A DNA stretch of 64,000 bases from Anaeromyxobacter sp. (GTDB lineage Bacteria > Myxococcota > Myxococcia > Myxococcales > Anaeromyxobacteraceae): positions 32,001-96,000 of the forward strand of contig JASGJN010000025.1 in assembly GCA_049840735.1 (NCBI GenBank). The letters run 5' to 3'. The translations under genes were made by a program, and so were the position numbers. Under the pieces are notes generated by a model, which was not told the DNA's origin, ran no database searches, and saw only the letters and a list, made by a program, of their open reading frames with translations. Shown piece after piece: positions 21,609 through 31,895 of this stretch (positions within the stretch are counted from its first letter, which is position 1; every line of letters begins with the position of its first letter).

Positions 21609-23260
21609 GTGCCCGTCACGCCCAGCGCGCCGGCGTGGGCCGCCGAGGAATCGCGCTCGCGTTCGAGAGCGGCGCCAACGGCCAGTTCGTGCTGCACGGC
21701 AACGTGCACGACCGGCTGGCCGTGGGCGGCCGCCTGCAGAACCTGCCCCGCTACCTGGAGGAGGAGCTGCTCTCCGGGTTCGACGTGATCTTCGCCTACG
21801 ACCTGGGCAACGGCCTGCGCGTCTCGCGCGGCGCCGAGGCGGTGGCGGCCTGGCGCGGCGACGACGCGGCCCAGCCCTTCCCGCGCGACCCGCGCGCGGC
21901 GGTGGAGCTGGTGGCCCGCTACGTCCGCACGCTCGGCAACCTGCGCGCCCTGGGGCGGAAGGCGGGCGGCCAGGTGGCGCTGGTGCTGCGCGACGCCGAC
22001 CAGGTGCTGCCCAAGGACGGCGCGGGCCCGGAGCAGGGCGGGCTGGTCTCGCTGGTCCGCGACTTCGCCGGCGAGGCCCCCTTCGCCGAGCTGCCCTTCG
22101 CCAGCCTGCTCATCGCCGACTCGCTCTCCGACCTCCACCCGCTGGTGTCGCTCAACCCGCGCGTGGCGCGCATCAAGGTGCCGCTGCCCGGCGAGGGCGA
22201 GCTGGCCGCGGCGGTGGGGATCCTGCAGGCCGCCCACCCGGCCGCGTTCGAGGCCGGCACCGCGGCGGCCCAGGCGGCCGGCGCCTTCGCCGGCGTCTCG
22301 GTCTCGGCGCTGGAGAGCCTGGTCAGGCGGCGCGCCCACGAGGCGCGGCCGCTCTCGGCGGCCGACCAGGTCTCGGTGAAGAAGGAGCTGATCGAGCGCG
22401 AGGCCTCCGGGCTGGTGGAGCTGATCGAGTCCCGCAGGACGCTGGCCGACTACCACGGCCAGGAGGCGCTCAAGACCTGGCTGCGCCAGGACGTGGCGCT
22501 GTGGAAGGCGGGCGACCTCCGCGCGCTGCCCATGGGCTACCTGGTCTGCGGGCCGGTGGGCACCGGCAAGACCTTCCTGGTGGAGTGCCTGGCCGGCGAG
22601 GCGGGCGTCCCCGTGGTGAAGCTCAAGAACTTCCGCGACCGCTGGGTCGGGTCGTCGGAGGGGAACCTGGAGAAGATCTTCCGGCTGGTGCGCGCGCTGG
22701 GGCGCTGCGTGGTCTTCGTGGACGAGGCCGACCAGGCGCTGGGGCGGCGCGAGTCGGGCAGCTCCGACGGCGGCCTCTCCGGCCGGCTCTACGGCATGGT
22801 GGCCCAGGAGATGAGCGACGGCGGCAACCGCGGCCGCGTCATGTGGGTGCTGGCCTCGTCGCGGCCCGATCTCATCGAGGTGGACCTGAAGCGCCCCGGC
22901 CGCGTGGACGTGAAGGTCCCCATCCTGCCCACCACCACGCCAGCCGAGAGCGCGGGGCTCCTGGCCGCGCTCTGCAGGCGGCAGGGGCTGGACGTCCCCG
23001 CCGCCGAGATCGAGCCGCTGCGCCCGCCCACGCTGCTCACGCCGGGCGCGGCCGAGGCCGTGGCGGTCAAGGCCTACCGCATCCACCGCACCGGCGGGCT
23101 CGCGCCGGCGGCGGCGCTGGCCCGCTGCCTGGAGGGCTACCAGGGGCCGGTGCCGCTGGACGTCCTGGAGCACCAGATGCGGCTGGCCATCCGCGAGGCC
23201 ACCGATTTGGCCTTCGTGCCGGAGGCGCTGCGCCACCTGGCCGCCGGGGACCTGCCGTGA
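21609..23260 (+). CDS. Classical-clade AAA+ ATPase with degenerate N-terminal domain; apparent frameshift near 21649
   Basis: Walker A GPVGTGKT, pore loop RWVGSSE, Walker B VVFVDEAD, SRH SRPDLIEVDLKRPGRVD. Confidence 0.9.
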
Positions 23261-24105
23261 GGTACCTCTGGGCGGCGTTCAAGGCGCGACCCTGGGGCAT
23301 GCCGGTGGCCCCCAACCTGATCTTCCTGGCCGCGACCGGGCTCCTGGGCGGCCTGCTCGACCCGGCCTTCCTGGCCATCGGCGCCGGCCTGGAGGTGGCC
23401 TACCTGGCGCTGCTGGCCCGCAGCCCGCGCTTCCGCGCCGTGGTGGACGCGGACGAGGGCACCCCCTCCGGCGCGCCGGACGCGCGCCGCAAGGCCCTGG
23501 TGCAGGCGCTCCCGCCCGCCGACCGGCGGGCGCAGGAGGAGCTAGAGGCCCGCTGCGCCGAGATCGTCCGCACGCTGGAGGCCCGCGGCAGCGCGGGCGC
23601 GCAGGCCGACGGGCTGGGGCGGCTCTCCTTCATGCACCTGCGGCTGCTCGACGCCCGCACCGCGCTGCGCCGCCTGGTGGCGGGCGGCGACGCCGACCGG
23701 ACCACGCTGGAGGCGCAGGCGCAGCGGCTCACCGTCCGCCTGGCCGAGCCGGACCTGGCGCCGGACCTGCGCCACACGCTGGAGCAGCAGGCCGAGGTGA
23801 TCGGCAAGCGGCGCGAGGCGCACGCCGAGGGCGAGCGCCGGCTGGAGCGCGTGGACGCCGAGCTGGATCGGATCCAGCAGCAGGTGGCGCTGGTGCGCGA
23901 CCAGGCGCTGCTGGCCGCCGACGAGGACCAGGTGGCCCGCTCGGTGGACGCGCTGGCCGCCTCGCTGGAGGAGGCGCACCGCTGGTTCCAGGAGGAGCGG
24001 GACCTGTTCGGCGACCTCGACGACCTGTCCGCACCGCCCACCTTCCCCGCGCCGAAGGGCAGCGCCCGCCGGCGCGGGCAGGGCTCGCAAGGAGAGACGG
24101 AATGA
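23257..24105 (+). CDS. Membrane-anchored coiled-coil hypothetical protein
   Basis: GTG overlaps the AAA stop; two N-terminal TM helices then heptad-rich helices. Confidence 0.8.
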   Translation: MRYLWAAFKARPWGMPVAPNLIFLAATGLLGGLLDPAFLAIGAGLEVAYLALLARSPRFRAVVDADEGTPSGAPDARRKALVQALPPADRRAQEELEARCAEIVRTLEARGSAGAQADGLGRLSFMHLRLLDARTALRRLVAGGDADRTTLEAQAQRLTVRLAEPDLAPDLRHTLEQQAEVIGKRREAHAEGERRLERVDAELDRIQQQVALVRDQALLAADEDQVARSVDALAASLEEAHRWFQEERDLFGDLDDLSAPPTFPAPKGSARRRGQGSQGETE

Positions 24106-25784
24106 CCGCCCTTCGCCGGACCCCGCCGCGCGGCTCCGCCGCCGGCAACCTCCTCACCGTGCTGCTGGTGCTCGGCCTGCTGGGCCTGGGCGGCTGGCTG
24201 CTGCTGCGCAGGTCGCACCAGGCCGCGCCAGGGAAGCCGGCCGAGGAGGCGAGCGCGCCGGCGCAGGCCGGCGAGGGGCCCGCGCCCATCGAGCCGGTCA
24301 CCGGCACGCCCACGCTGGAGGCCGCGGGCACCTACGAGCCCAGGAACGACGTGCTCGAGGTGGAGATCTCGGAGTACGCGGCCTACGGCGGCCTGATCGT
24401 GGCCAACGGCGGGCTCGCGCCCAACCCGGACTCCTTCTTCGCGAAGAAGTACGGCTTCCAGGTGAGGCTCTCGCTGGCCGAGTCGGAGGCCTGGTCGAAG
24501 GTGAACAACGGCAAGCTGGCCGCCGCCGCGACCACCGCCGACACGCTGGCGGTGCTGGGCCGGCAGTTCGAGGCGGTGGTGCCGGCGCAGATCAGCTTCT
24601 CCCGCGGCGCCGACATGGTGGTGGTGGACCAGGGCATCGCCCAGGTGAACGGCCTGGCCGGCCGCGTGCTGGCCGCCTCGCAGTTCAACGAGAGCGAGTT
24701 CTTCATCCGCTACCTGGCCCGCGAGGCCGGGCTCCCGGTCCGCGTGCTGCGCGACCTCGACGCCCGGCCAGGCTCGAACGAGCTGGGGCTGGTCTTCTAC
24801 GAGGACGCGAACCAGGCCTGCGACGCCTACGAGGCCGAGCTGAAGGCCCGCGGCGGGCGGCTGGCCGGGTGCGTGGGCTGGACGCCGCGGACCGACGAGA
24901 TCGTGGCCGCCTCCAAGGGCAAGGCCAAGGTGCTGGTCTCGAACCGCAACCTGCTGGTGATCGCCGACATCCTGGTGGTGAACAAGGGGTTCTCCGAGAA
25001 GCACCCGGAGATGGTGAAGGGGCTGGTCCACGGGCTGCTGGAGGGCAACCGCCAGCTGCGCGACGAGCAGGCCGCGCACCTGACGGTGGTGGCCAAGGCC
25101 TTCGGCTGGGACGAGGCCAAGGCCCGCGACGAGCTGGCCCGCGTCCACCTCTCCAACCTCCCCGAGAACCGGGCCTTCTTCGAGGGGACCATCGACGCCG
25201 CCGGCTCGTTCAACGGCATCTTCCAGTCCTCGGTGCTGGCCTACGGCGCCATCATCAGGAACCCCACCGACGCCTCGCGCTTCCAGGACGGCAAGGCGCT
25301 GGAGGCGCTGGCCAAGGCCGGCCTCTTCGCCGACCAGAAGATCGCCATCGCGCCCATCAAGACGCAGGCCGGCGGCGCGCTGGAGGGCGACCCGCTCCTC
25401 TCCCGTGACATCCGCTTCTTCTTCGAGCCCAACTCGTCGGCGCTGGACCGCAACGCCAAGGAGAACACCGACTACCTCGACGCGGTGAAGCAGTTCCTGC
25501 AGGTGAGCCCGGGCTCGGTGGTGGTGCTGCGCGGGCACGTGGACAACCAGCGGGTGGCCGAGTTCCGCAAGCAGGGCGGCGAGGCGCTGGTCCGCTCCAT
25601 GGGGCTCAAGGCCATGGAGCTGTCGCGGCAGCGCGCCGTAGCCGTGCGCGAGGCGCTGCTGGCGCGTCACCCCAAGCTCGCCCCCGACCGGATCGAGACG
25701 GTGGGGCGCGGCTGGGAGGAGCCCTCGGGCGACGACCCGGACAAGAACCGCCGGGTCGAGGTGCAGTGGTTCACGCTGGAGTAG
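24102..25784 (+). CDS. NMT1/SsuA-like solute-binding domain fused to a C-terminal OmpA-like domain
   Basis: N-terminal TM; SRGADMVV, IADILVV; C-terminal LRGHVD..LSRQRAVAV..GRGW..NRRVEV. Confidence 0.85.
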   Translation: MTALRRTPPRGSAAGNLLTVLLVLGLLGLGGWLLLRRSHQAAPGKPAEEASAPAQAGEGPAPIEPVTGTPTLEAAGTYEPRNDVLEVEISEYAAYGGLIVANGGLAPNPDSFFAKKYGFQVRLSLAESEAWSKVNNGKLAAAATTADTLAVLGRQFEAVVPAQISFSRGADMVVVDQGIAQVNGLAGRVLAASQFNESEFFIRYLAREAGLPVRVLRDLDARPGSNELGLVFYEDANQACDAYEAELKARGGRLAGCVGWTPRTDEIVAASKGKAKVLVSNRNLLVIADILVVNKGFSEKHPEMVKGLVHGLLEGNRQLRDEQAAHLTVVAKAFGWDEAKARDELARVHLSNLPENRAFFEGTIDAAGSFNGIFQSSVLAYGAIIRNPTDASRFQDGKALEALAKAGLFADQKIAIAPIKTQAGGALEGDPLLSRDIRFFFEPNSSALDRNAKENTDYLDAVKQFLQVSPGSVVVLRGHVDNQRVAEFRKQGGEALVRSMGLKAMELSRQRAVAVREALLARHPKLAPDRIETVGRGWEEPSGDDPDKNRRVEVQWFTLE

Positions 25785-25791
25785 CGGCCCT

Positions 25792-25907
25792 GCCCTTCGA
25801 CTCCGCCTGCCCTGAGCCTGCCGAAGGGCTCAGGGCGAACGGGTCCGGTGGCCCGTTCCGTTCGTCCTGAGCGTAGCTGCCGCGAAGCGGCAGCGGAGTC
25901 GAAGGAC
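25792..25907. repeat. Inverted pair of REP-like elements (nested variant 25792-25842 minus; 25858-25907 plus)
   Basis: Consensus ends; outer stem GTCCT/AGGAC in the second copy. Confidence 0.88.
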
Positions 25908-25929
25908 AGGGCTCGAATGCCCCGCCCCC

Positions 25930-28416
25930 TCACGGCCCCAGCAGCCGCGGCCACCACTGGTGCGAGCAGGTGCAGCTCCCGCCGGCGCAGGCCTCGCGCG
26001 CCGACTGGCGCACCACCGTGCCGTCCCAGGCCTGGTCGAGCGCGCCGGTGGCGCAGCCCAGCGACGACTCGCGGAAGGTGACGCGCCCGCAGGCGGTGCC
26101 GTCCGGGGCCAGCAGCTCCACGGCCTCCTCGCAGCGCGGCGCCTCGACCGTCAGCGCCGCAGGGAAGAAGGCGTAGCCGCGGTTGCCCCGCGTGAAGCGG
26201 AGCAGCGTGTTGGGGCGGCCGGCGAGCCAGCCCGGCGGCGTGCCGCCGCCGGCGACGCCGGGCGTGTAGCTCCGGGTCCAGTGGCCGTGGTCGCGCAGCG
26301 CCAGCGTGCCGTCCAGCAGCGGGACCAGCTGCGCGTCGGGCGGGAAGGCGGTCTCGTCGAACGCGCCGTCCAGGAAGGCCGGGCCAGCCGTGCCGGAGGG
26401 CGCGTACCAGCGCCCCCAGCGCTGGCCGGGCGAGACCTCCCACAGCACCAGCGTGGAGCCGCCGCGGGCCACCGCGCCGATGGCGGGGTAGCCGCCGAAC
26501 CCGGTGCCGGAGGCGACGGTCTGCGGTCCCAGCCCCACCGTGCCGTCGGCGGCGAAGGTCTCCAGGGTCACCGACCAGGTGGTCCCGCCGTACTGGCTCG
26601 CAACCGCCACCGAGCCGCCGCGCGGGTCCGGTCCCAGGCTGGCCCAGAGCGGGTTGGGAGGGGCCACCAGGGCGGTGCGCGCGGTGGTGCCGTCGGCGCG
26701 GATCACCTTGTGGTTCACGCCGCTCGCCTCCACGGCGAGCCCGTGCCAGCCGGAGGCCTGCGGGAGGAGCGTCGAGAGCCCGTCCGCGTCGAAGGTGTGG
26801 GCCAGCGCCCCGGTCGCGTCGCGCGCCGACCAGGTGAAGTCGGTCCTGCCGGTGGCGGGGTCGGTCAGCTTGCGCCCCAGGGCAACGTGGCCGGTGCCGT
26901 CGCCCGCACCGCCGGCGCAGGTGCTCTCCGGCGTCACGTCCACCGAGGCGCGCGCCTGGGCCGGGAGCGCGCCGGAGGGCACCAGCCCGGAGCAGGCGGC
27001 GGCGGTGGAGAGGGTCTGCACCGCGAAGCCGTCGCCGGCGGTGCCGGGCAGCGCCGGGGGCGGAGGCGTGGGGCCGGGAGAGGCCAGCAGCGCGGGCCAC
27101 CAGCGGTGCGTGCAGGTGCAGCCGGCGGCGGTGCAGGTGTCGCGGGCGGACTGGACCACCAGCGTGCCGTCCCAGCCCTGGTCGGCCGCGGCGGTCGTGC
27201 AGGCCGCGGCTCCCTGCGAGACCACCACCCGCCCGCAGAGCAGGCCGGAGGGCGCGCGCAGCTCGACCGTCTGCTGGCAAGGCGTGGCGGACGCGCCGCC
27301 TGCCGGGAGCACCGCGTAGCCGCGGTTGCCGCGCGTGAAGCGCAGGTGGGCGCCGGGGGAGAGCGCGGCCAGCCAGGCCGGGGCCGCCTCGCCGGCGCTC
27401 GCGCCGGGCCGGTAGACGCGCGTGTACACGCCGGACTCGCGCAGCGCCACGCTGCCGTCGAGGAGCGGCTGCAGCGTGGCGTCCCAGAGCGCGTCGAGCG
27501 GGCCGGACGCGGTGGTGTGACCATCGGTGAAGGAAGGGCCCATGGGGTCGCCCTCGGCGGTGTACCAGGCCAGCGCCCGGTCGGCCCGGTCGTTCCAGAG
27601 CACGAGGGTCGGGCCGTGGCGCGAGGCGGCCGTCGCCATCACCTGCGGCGGCAGCGTGGCGATCACGCCGATGCCGCCCACCCACACCGGCGCCGACAGC
27701 GGGGTGCCGTCGGGAGAGAAGCGGCGCAGGAAGACGCTGCTGGAGGGGTTGCTCTCGAACTCGGTGTAGGCGAACCCGACGGTGGCGCCGCCCAGCGGGT
27801 CCTCGCCCAGCTGCCAGCGGTAGTTGCCGTTGTAGGCGGTGTAGCCGCGGTCCGACCAGAACGAGCGGGGCGGGCTCACCGTGCGCGCGGCGGCGCTCCA
27901 CCCGTCGGCCCGGAACACGTGCAGGTCCACCGAGAGCGGCGTCTGCACCGGATCGGTGGCCGGGGCCGGCGTGACCGCGATCCCCAGCCAGCCCTGCGCC
28001 TCGGGCAGGAGCGGCGAGAGCTGGCTGCCGATGATCTGGTGGACGGCGTTGCCGGCCCCGTCGCGGTCCTGCCAGGTCCAGAGCGCGGCCGCGTCGTGGG
28101 CGCCCAGCGCCACGTGCCCGGTGCCCTCGGAGAGGCCGGCGCTGCAGGTGGCGCCCGCCGCCAGGGTGCGCCCGCGGACCACCGCCGCCGGCAGCGGGCT
28201 CTCGGGGAGCAGGCCCGCGCACTCGGCGTCGGTCGAGTCGCGCTGGACGGTGAACCCGTCGCCGGTGCGGGGGAAGGTGACGTCCGCCACCGGCCCGGCC
28301 GGCGCCTGGTCGCCCCCCGGTGAACCCCCGCCGGGCCCGCCGCCTCCGCAGGCGGCGAGGGCGAGGAGGAGCGGCGCGAGGGACCGGGAGGGACGGGGCG
28401 GGCGTGCGGGTGTCAT
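25930..28416 (-). CDS. Cys-rich lipoprotein made of two homologous ~390 aa domains
   Basis: Lipobox LAACG; repeated C.GL.P, GTGHVALG, FTRGNRGYA, DQ.WDGT.V.QSAR, CTC.H.WWP.LL. Confidence 0.82.
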   Translation of the reverse strand: MTPARPPRPSRSLAPLLLALAACGGGGPGGGSPGGDQAPAGPVADVTFPRTGDGFTVQRDSTDAECAGLLPESPLPAAVVRGRTLAAGATCSAGLSEGTGHVALGAHDAAALWTWQDRDGAGNAVHQIIGSQLSPLLPEAQGWLGIAVTPAPATDPVQTPLSVDLHVFRADGWSAAARTVSPPRSFWSDRGYTAYNGNYRWQLGEDPLGGATVGFAYTEFESNPSSSVFLRRFSPDGTPLSAPVWVGGIGVIATLPPQVMATAASRHGPTLVLWNDRADRALAWYTAEGDPMGPSFTDGHTTASGPLDALWDATLQPLLDGSVALRESGVYTRVYRPGASAGEAAPAWLAALSPGAHLRFTRGNRGYAVLPAGGASATPCQQTVELRAPSGLLCGRVVVSQGAAACTTAAADQGWDGTLVVQSARDTCTAAGCTCTHRWWPALLASPGPTPPPPALPGTAGDGFAVQTLSTAAACSGLVPSGALPAQARASVDVTPESTCAGGAGDGTGHVALGRKLTDPATGRTDFTWSARDATGALAHTFDADGLSTLLPQASGWHGLAVEASGVNHKVIRADGTTARTALVAPPNPLWASLGPDPRGGSVAVASQYGGTTWSVTLETFAADGTVGLGPQTVASGTGFGGYPAIGAVARGGSTLVLWEVSPGQRWGRWYAPSGTAGPAFLDGAFDETAFPPDAQLVPLLDGTLALRDHGHWTRSYTPGVAGGGTPPGWLAGRPNTLLRFTRGNRGYAFFPAALTVEAPRCEEAVELLAPDGTACGRVTFRESSLGCATGALDQAWDGTVVRQSAREACAGGSCTCSHQWWPRLLGP

Positions 28417-28476
28417 GCACGCGCACCCTAGGTACGGTTCACCCAGCGTGCCTGCCTGGACGGCTGGGGCTCAGCG

Positions 28477-29367
28477 CTAGTCCCCCGCGCGCCGCACCGT
28501 CTCCTCCAGGAACTCCCAGACCGCCGCGATGCGCGGGACCTCGCGCAGCGCCCGGTGCACCACCAGCCAGAGCTCGCCCGCGGCGGTGGGCAGCGAACGC
28601 GCCAGCTCCCGCGCCAGCGGGACCTCCACCAGGCCGCTGCTGCGGGCCGAGTGCAGGTCGGTCAGCACCGCGCCCAGGCCGGCGCGGGCCGCCGCCAGCT
28701 GGGCGGCCATGTGGCTGGTCCGGAGCACCAGCCGTCCGGCCGGCACGCGCTCGGCCAGCAGGCGGGCGGGGAGCAGGTGGGCCAGGTCGTCCCCCCAGGT
28801 GATCCAGCGCGCCTGGTCCAGCCGCCGCAGCGTGCCCAGCTCGGCGGCGTAGGCCGGCGCCGCGAAGACCGCGCCGCGCACCTCCGCCAGCCGGCGGGTC
28901 ACCAGGTCGCCGGAGGCGGGCCGGGTGGTGCGCAGCGCCAGGTCCGCCTCGCGGCGGGTCAGGTCGGCGTAGCCCACCGAGGCATCGAGCACCAGCCGGA
29001 GCCCCGGGTGGCGGCGCAGCAGCCGCGGCAGCGCAGGGGCCACCAGCAGCTGGGCCACGCCGGGCGGGGCCGTGAGCCGCACCTCCCCCTCGGCCGCCAC
29101 CTCCCGCCCCTGCGCCGCCAGCTCCAGTCCGGCCGCGGCCCGCTCCATGGCCTCCGCGTGCGGCCCCAGCGCCTCCGCCAGCGCGGTGGGCCGGACGCCG
29201 TCCGGGGTGCGGTCGAAGAGGTGCCCGCCCAGCGCCGCCTCCAGCGCGTCCAGCCGGCGCGAGGCGGTGGAGGCGTTCACGCCCAGCCGGGCGCCGGCCC
29301 CGGAGAAGGAGCCGGTCTGGAGCAGGGCCAGCAGCACGCGCGCGTCGTCCCAGCGGAGGGTCTGCAT
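28477..29367 (-). CDS. LysR family transcriptional regulator
   Basis: LRWDDARVLLAL..GSFSGAG..ASTASRRLDALE..LFDR; DLTRREADLALR. Confidence 0.92.
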   Translation of the reverse strand: MQTLRWDDARVLLALLQTGSFSGAGARLGVNASTASRRLDALEAALGGHLFDRTPDGVRPTALAEALGPHAEAMERAAAGLELAAQGREVAAEGEVRLTAPPGVAQLLVAPALPRLLRRHPGLRLVLDASVGYADLTRREADLALRTTRPASGDLVTRRLAEVRGAVFAAPAYAAELGTLRRLDQARWITWGDDLAHLLPARLLAERVPAGRLVLRTSHMAAQLAAARAGLGAVLTDLHSARSSGLVEVPLARELARSLPTAAGELWLVVHRALREVPRIAAVWEFLEETVRRAGD

Positions 29368-29446
29368 GGATGCAAAGGTTACCCGCAGTCCTGCGCGTTG
29401 CCATGCGTTCACGCGGAACGCATCCTCTGCGGCAGGAGAGCCGCCC

Positions 29447-30418
29447 ATGACCACCCCCGAAGCCGTCCCCCAGCTGCACGTCATCTTCGGCGCCGGCCAG
29501 ATCGGCCCGCTCCTGGCCCGCGAGCTGCTCGCGCGCGGCCACCGCGTCCGGCTGGTGCGCCGCGGCGCCCCCGGCGCGCTGCCGGGCGCCGAGTGGCGCC
29601 AGGCCGACGTCACCGATCCGGCCGCCGCCGCCGAGGCGGCCCGCGGCGCGGCGGTGGTGTACGACTGCGCCAACCCGGCCCAGTACCACCGCTGGGCGGA
29701 GCTGCTGCCGCCGCTCAAGCGCGGCGCGCGCGAGGCCGCCGCCCGCGCCGGGGCGCGGCTGGTGGTGCTCGACTGCCTGTACATGTACGGCCGCCCGGCC
29801 GCGCACCCCTTCGACGAGGACACGCCCATGCAGCCCTGCAGCCGCAAGGGCGAGCTGCGGGCGATGCTGGCGCGCGAGCTGTTCGAGGCCCACGCCCGCG
29901 GCGACGTGCGCGCCACCACCGGCCGCGCCTCCGACTTCTTCGGCCCGGGGCTCGAGCTCACGCTGCTCACGCCGCGGCTCGCGGCGCGGCTCCGCGCCGG
30001 CAAGGCGGTGGAGGTGCTGGGCGATCCCGACCTCCCGCACGGCTACAGCTACGCGCCGGACGTGGCCCGCGGGCTGGCGGCGCTGGGCAGCGACCCGCGT
30101 GCCGACGGGAAGGCCTGGCACCTGCCGCTCAGCTGGACCGGCACCACCCGCGAGCTCGTAGAGGCCACCGCCCGCGCGCTGGGCGCGCCCGCCGCCCGCC
30201 TGCGCCCGGTCCCGGACTGGGCGCTGCGCGCGCTGGGGCTGTTCGTCGGGCCGGCCGGCGCGCTGGCGGAGATGACCTACCAGTGGAAGCTGCCCTACGT
30301 GATCGACGACCGGCGCTTCCGCGCCGCGTTCGGCGTGGAGCCCACGCCGGCCGACCGGGCGGTCGCGGAGACGGCGGCCGCGCTGCGCGAGGCGGCGGGG
30401 CAGGCGACGGCGGCTTGA
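29447..30418 (+). CDS. NAD-dependent epimerase/dehydratase family protein
   Basis: VIFGAGQIG; LYMYG; RKGELR; RASDFFGP; divergent from LysR. Confidence 0.9.
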   Translation: MTTPEAVPQLHVIFGAGQIGPLLARELLARGHRVRLVRRGAPGALPGAEWRQADVTDPAAAAEAARGAAVVYDCANPAQYHRWAELLPPLKRGAREAAARAGARLVVLDCLYMYGRPAAHPFDEDTPMQPCSRKGELRAMLARELFEAHARGDVRATTGRASDFFGPGLELTLLTPRLAARLRAGKAVEVLGDPDLPHGYSYAPDVARGLAALGSDPRADGKAWHLPLSWTGTTRELVEATARALGAPAARLRPVPDWALRALGLFVGPAGALAEMTYQWKLPYVIDDRRFRAAFGVEPTPADRAVAETAAALREAAGQATAA

Positions 30419-30423
30419 GTCCT

Positions 30424-30535
30424 GGCCTTCGACTCCGCGCCCGCCGGGCGGGCGCTACGCTCAGGCGGAACGGATCTGGAATGACCGTTCGCCCTGAGCC
30501 CTTCGGCAGGCTCAGGGCAGGCGGAGTCGAAGGGC
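30424..30535. repeat. Inverted pair of REP-like elements (30424-30473 minus; nested variant 30485-30535 plus)
   Basis: Consensus copies between convergent genes. Confidence 0.88.
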
Positions 30536-30546
30536 AGCGAGGCGCG

Positions 30547-31674
30547 CTACCCCTGCTTCGCGAACTCGTCCATCAGCGCGGCCAGGGCGTCGATCCAGGC
30601 CGGCTCGACCGCGTTGTAGGTGGACACGCGGATGCCGCCCACGGAGCGGTGGCCCTTCAGCCCGATCATGTTCCGCTTCTTGGCCTCGGCCACGAACCGC
30701 TCCTCGTCCGCCTCGGTGGGCAGCCGGAAGACGACGTTCATCACCGAGCGGCTCTCCTTCTCCACCGGGCAGCGGAAGTAGCCGGCGTTCCGGTCGATGG
30801 CGCCGTAGAGCACCGCCGCCTTCTTGCGGTTGCGGGCCTCCATGGCCGGGAGGCCGCCCAGCTCCTTGAGCCAGGCGAGCACGTTGCGGACCATGTAGAT
30901 GGAGAAGGTGGGCGGCGTGTTGTAGAGCGACTTGTTCTCCGCCACCGTCCGGAGCTGGAAGATCTTGGGGATGTCCTTGCGGCCGGCCTCGACGAGCGCC
31001 TTGGCCACCACCAGCACCACGATGCCGGACGGGCCGATGTTCTTCTGCGCGCCGGCGTAGATGAGCCCGAACTTCGAGACGTCCAGCGGCTTCCAGAGGA
31101 AGTCGCTCGACATGTCGGCGATGAGCGGGACCTTGCCGGCGTCGGGGAGCGGGCGCGAGGCGTCCACGCCGAACTCCAGGCCGTGGATGGTCTCGTTGGT
31201 GGTGAGGTGCAGGTAGGCCGAGGCCGGGTCCACATTCACCTCGGCGGGCAGCGGCACGCGCGTGTACTGCTTCTCCTTGCCGTCGCCCACGCCGGTGGAG
31301 CAGGCCACCTTCACGGCGCCGCCCAGCAGCGCCGCGGTGGTCTTGGCCTCGGAGAGCGCCTTCTCACCCCACGCGCCGGTCACCACGTACTCGCCGGTCT
31401 TGCCGGCGCCCAGCAGGTTCATGGGAATCTGCGCGAAGAGCTGCGACGCGCCGCCCTGCACGAAGAGCACCTCGTGCGTGTCCGGGATGCGCAGCAGCTC
31501 CTTCAAGAGCGCGATGGCCTCGTCGTGCACCGCCTCGTACTGCTTGCCGCGGTGGCTGTGCTCCATCACGGACATGCCGCTCTTGGCGAAGTCGAGGAGC
31601 TCGGCCTGCGCGCGCTCCAGCGCGGGGAGGGGGAGGGCGGCGGGGCCGGCGTTGAAGTTCATCGCTCGCGACAT
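30547..31674 (-). CDS. serC: Phosphoserine aminotransferase
   Basis: [44 protein letters not shown]. Confidence 0.97.
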   Translation of the reverse strand: MSRAMNFNAGPAALPLPALERAQAELLDFAKSGMSVMEHSHRGKQYEAVHDEAIALLKELLRIPDTHEVLFVQGGASQLFAQIPMNLLGAGKTGEYVVTGAWGEKALSEAKTTAALLGGAVKVACSTGVGDGKEKQYTRVPLPAEVNVDPASAYLHLTTNETIHGLEFGVDASRPLPDAGKVPLIADMSSDFLWKPLDVSKFGLIYAGAQKNIGPSGIVVLVVAKALVEAGRKDIPKIFQLRTVAENKSLYNTPPTFSIYMVRNVLAWLKELGGLPAMEARNRKKAAVLYGAIDRNAGYFRCPVEKESRSVMNVVFRLPTEADEERFVAEAKKRNMIGLKGHRSVGGIRVSTYNAVEPAWIDALAALMDEFAKQG

Positions 31675-31895
31675 GGTGGTCCTCCGGGCTGGCGCCTGCG
31701 GCGCGAGGCCGGCGAGGCCGGCGGCGCGGCAGGCGGATGAGGGCTGGCCTGTGGGAGCCCGAAGATAGGCCCCTTCGCCCCGCCTCGCCAGGGCGAATCG
31801 CCGCTCCCATGCAGCTCCAGCGGGGCCCGGACTGGGGCCTGCGGCAGGGCGCAGCGCCGTGGCGCCAGGCGCGGATCCGTGCTCATCTCAGCAGG

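Noticed and set aside
20705..23260. 851-aa AAA protein
   Set aside because: The first ~300 aa are an alternate frame of pspA; the real start is near 21609.
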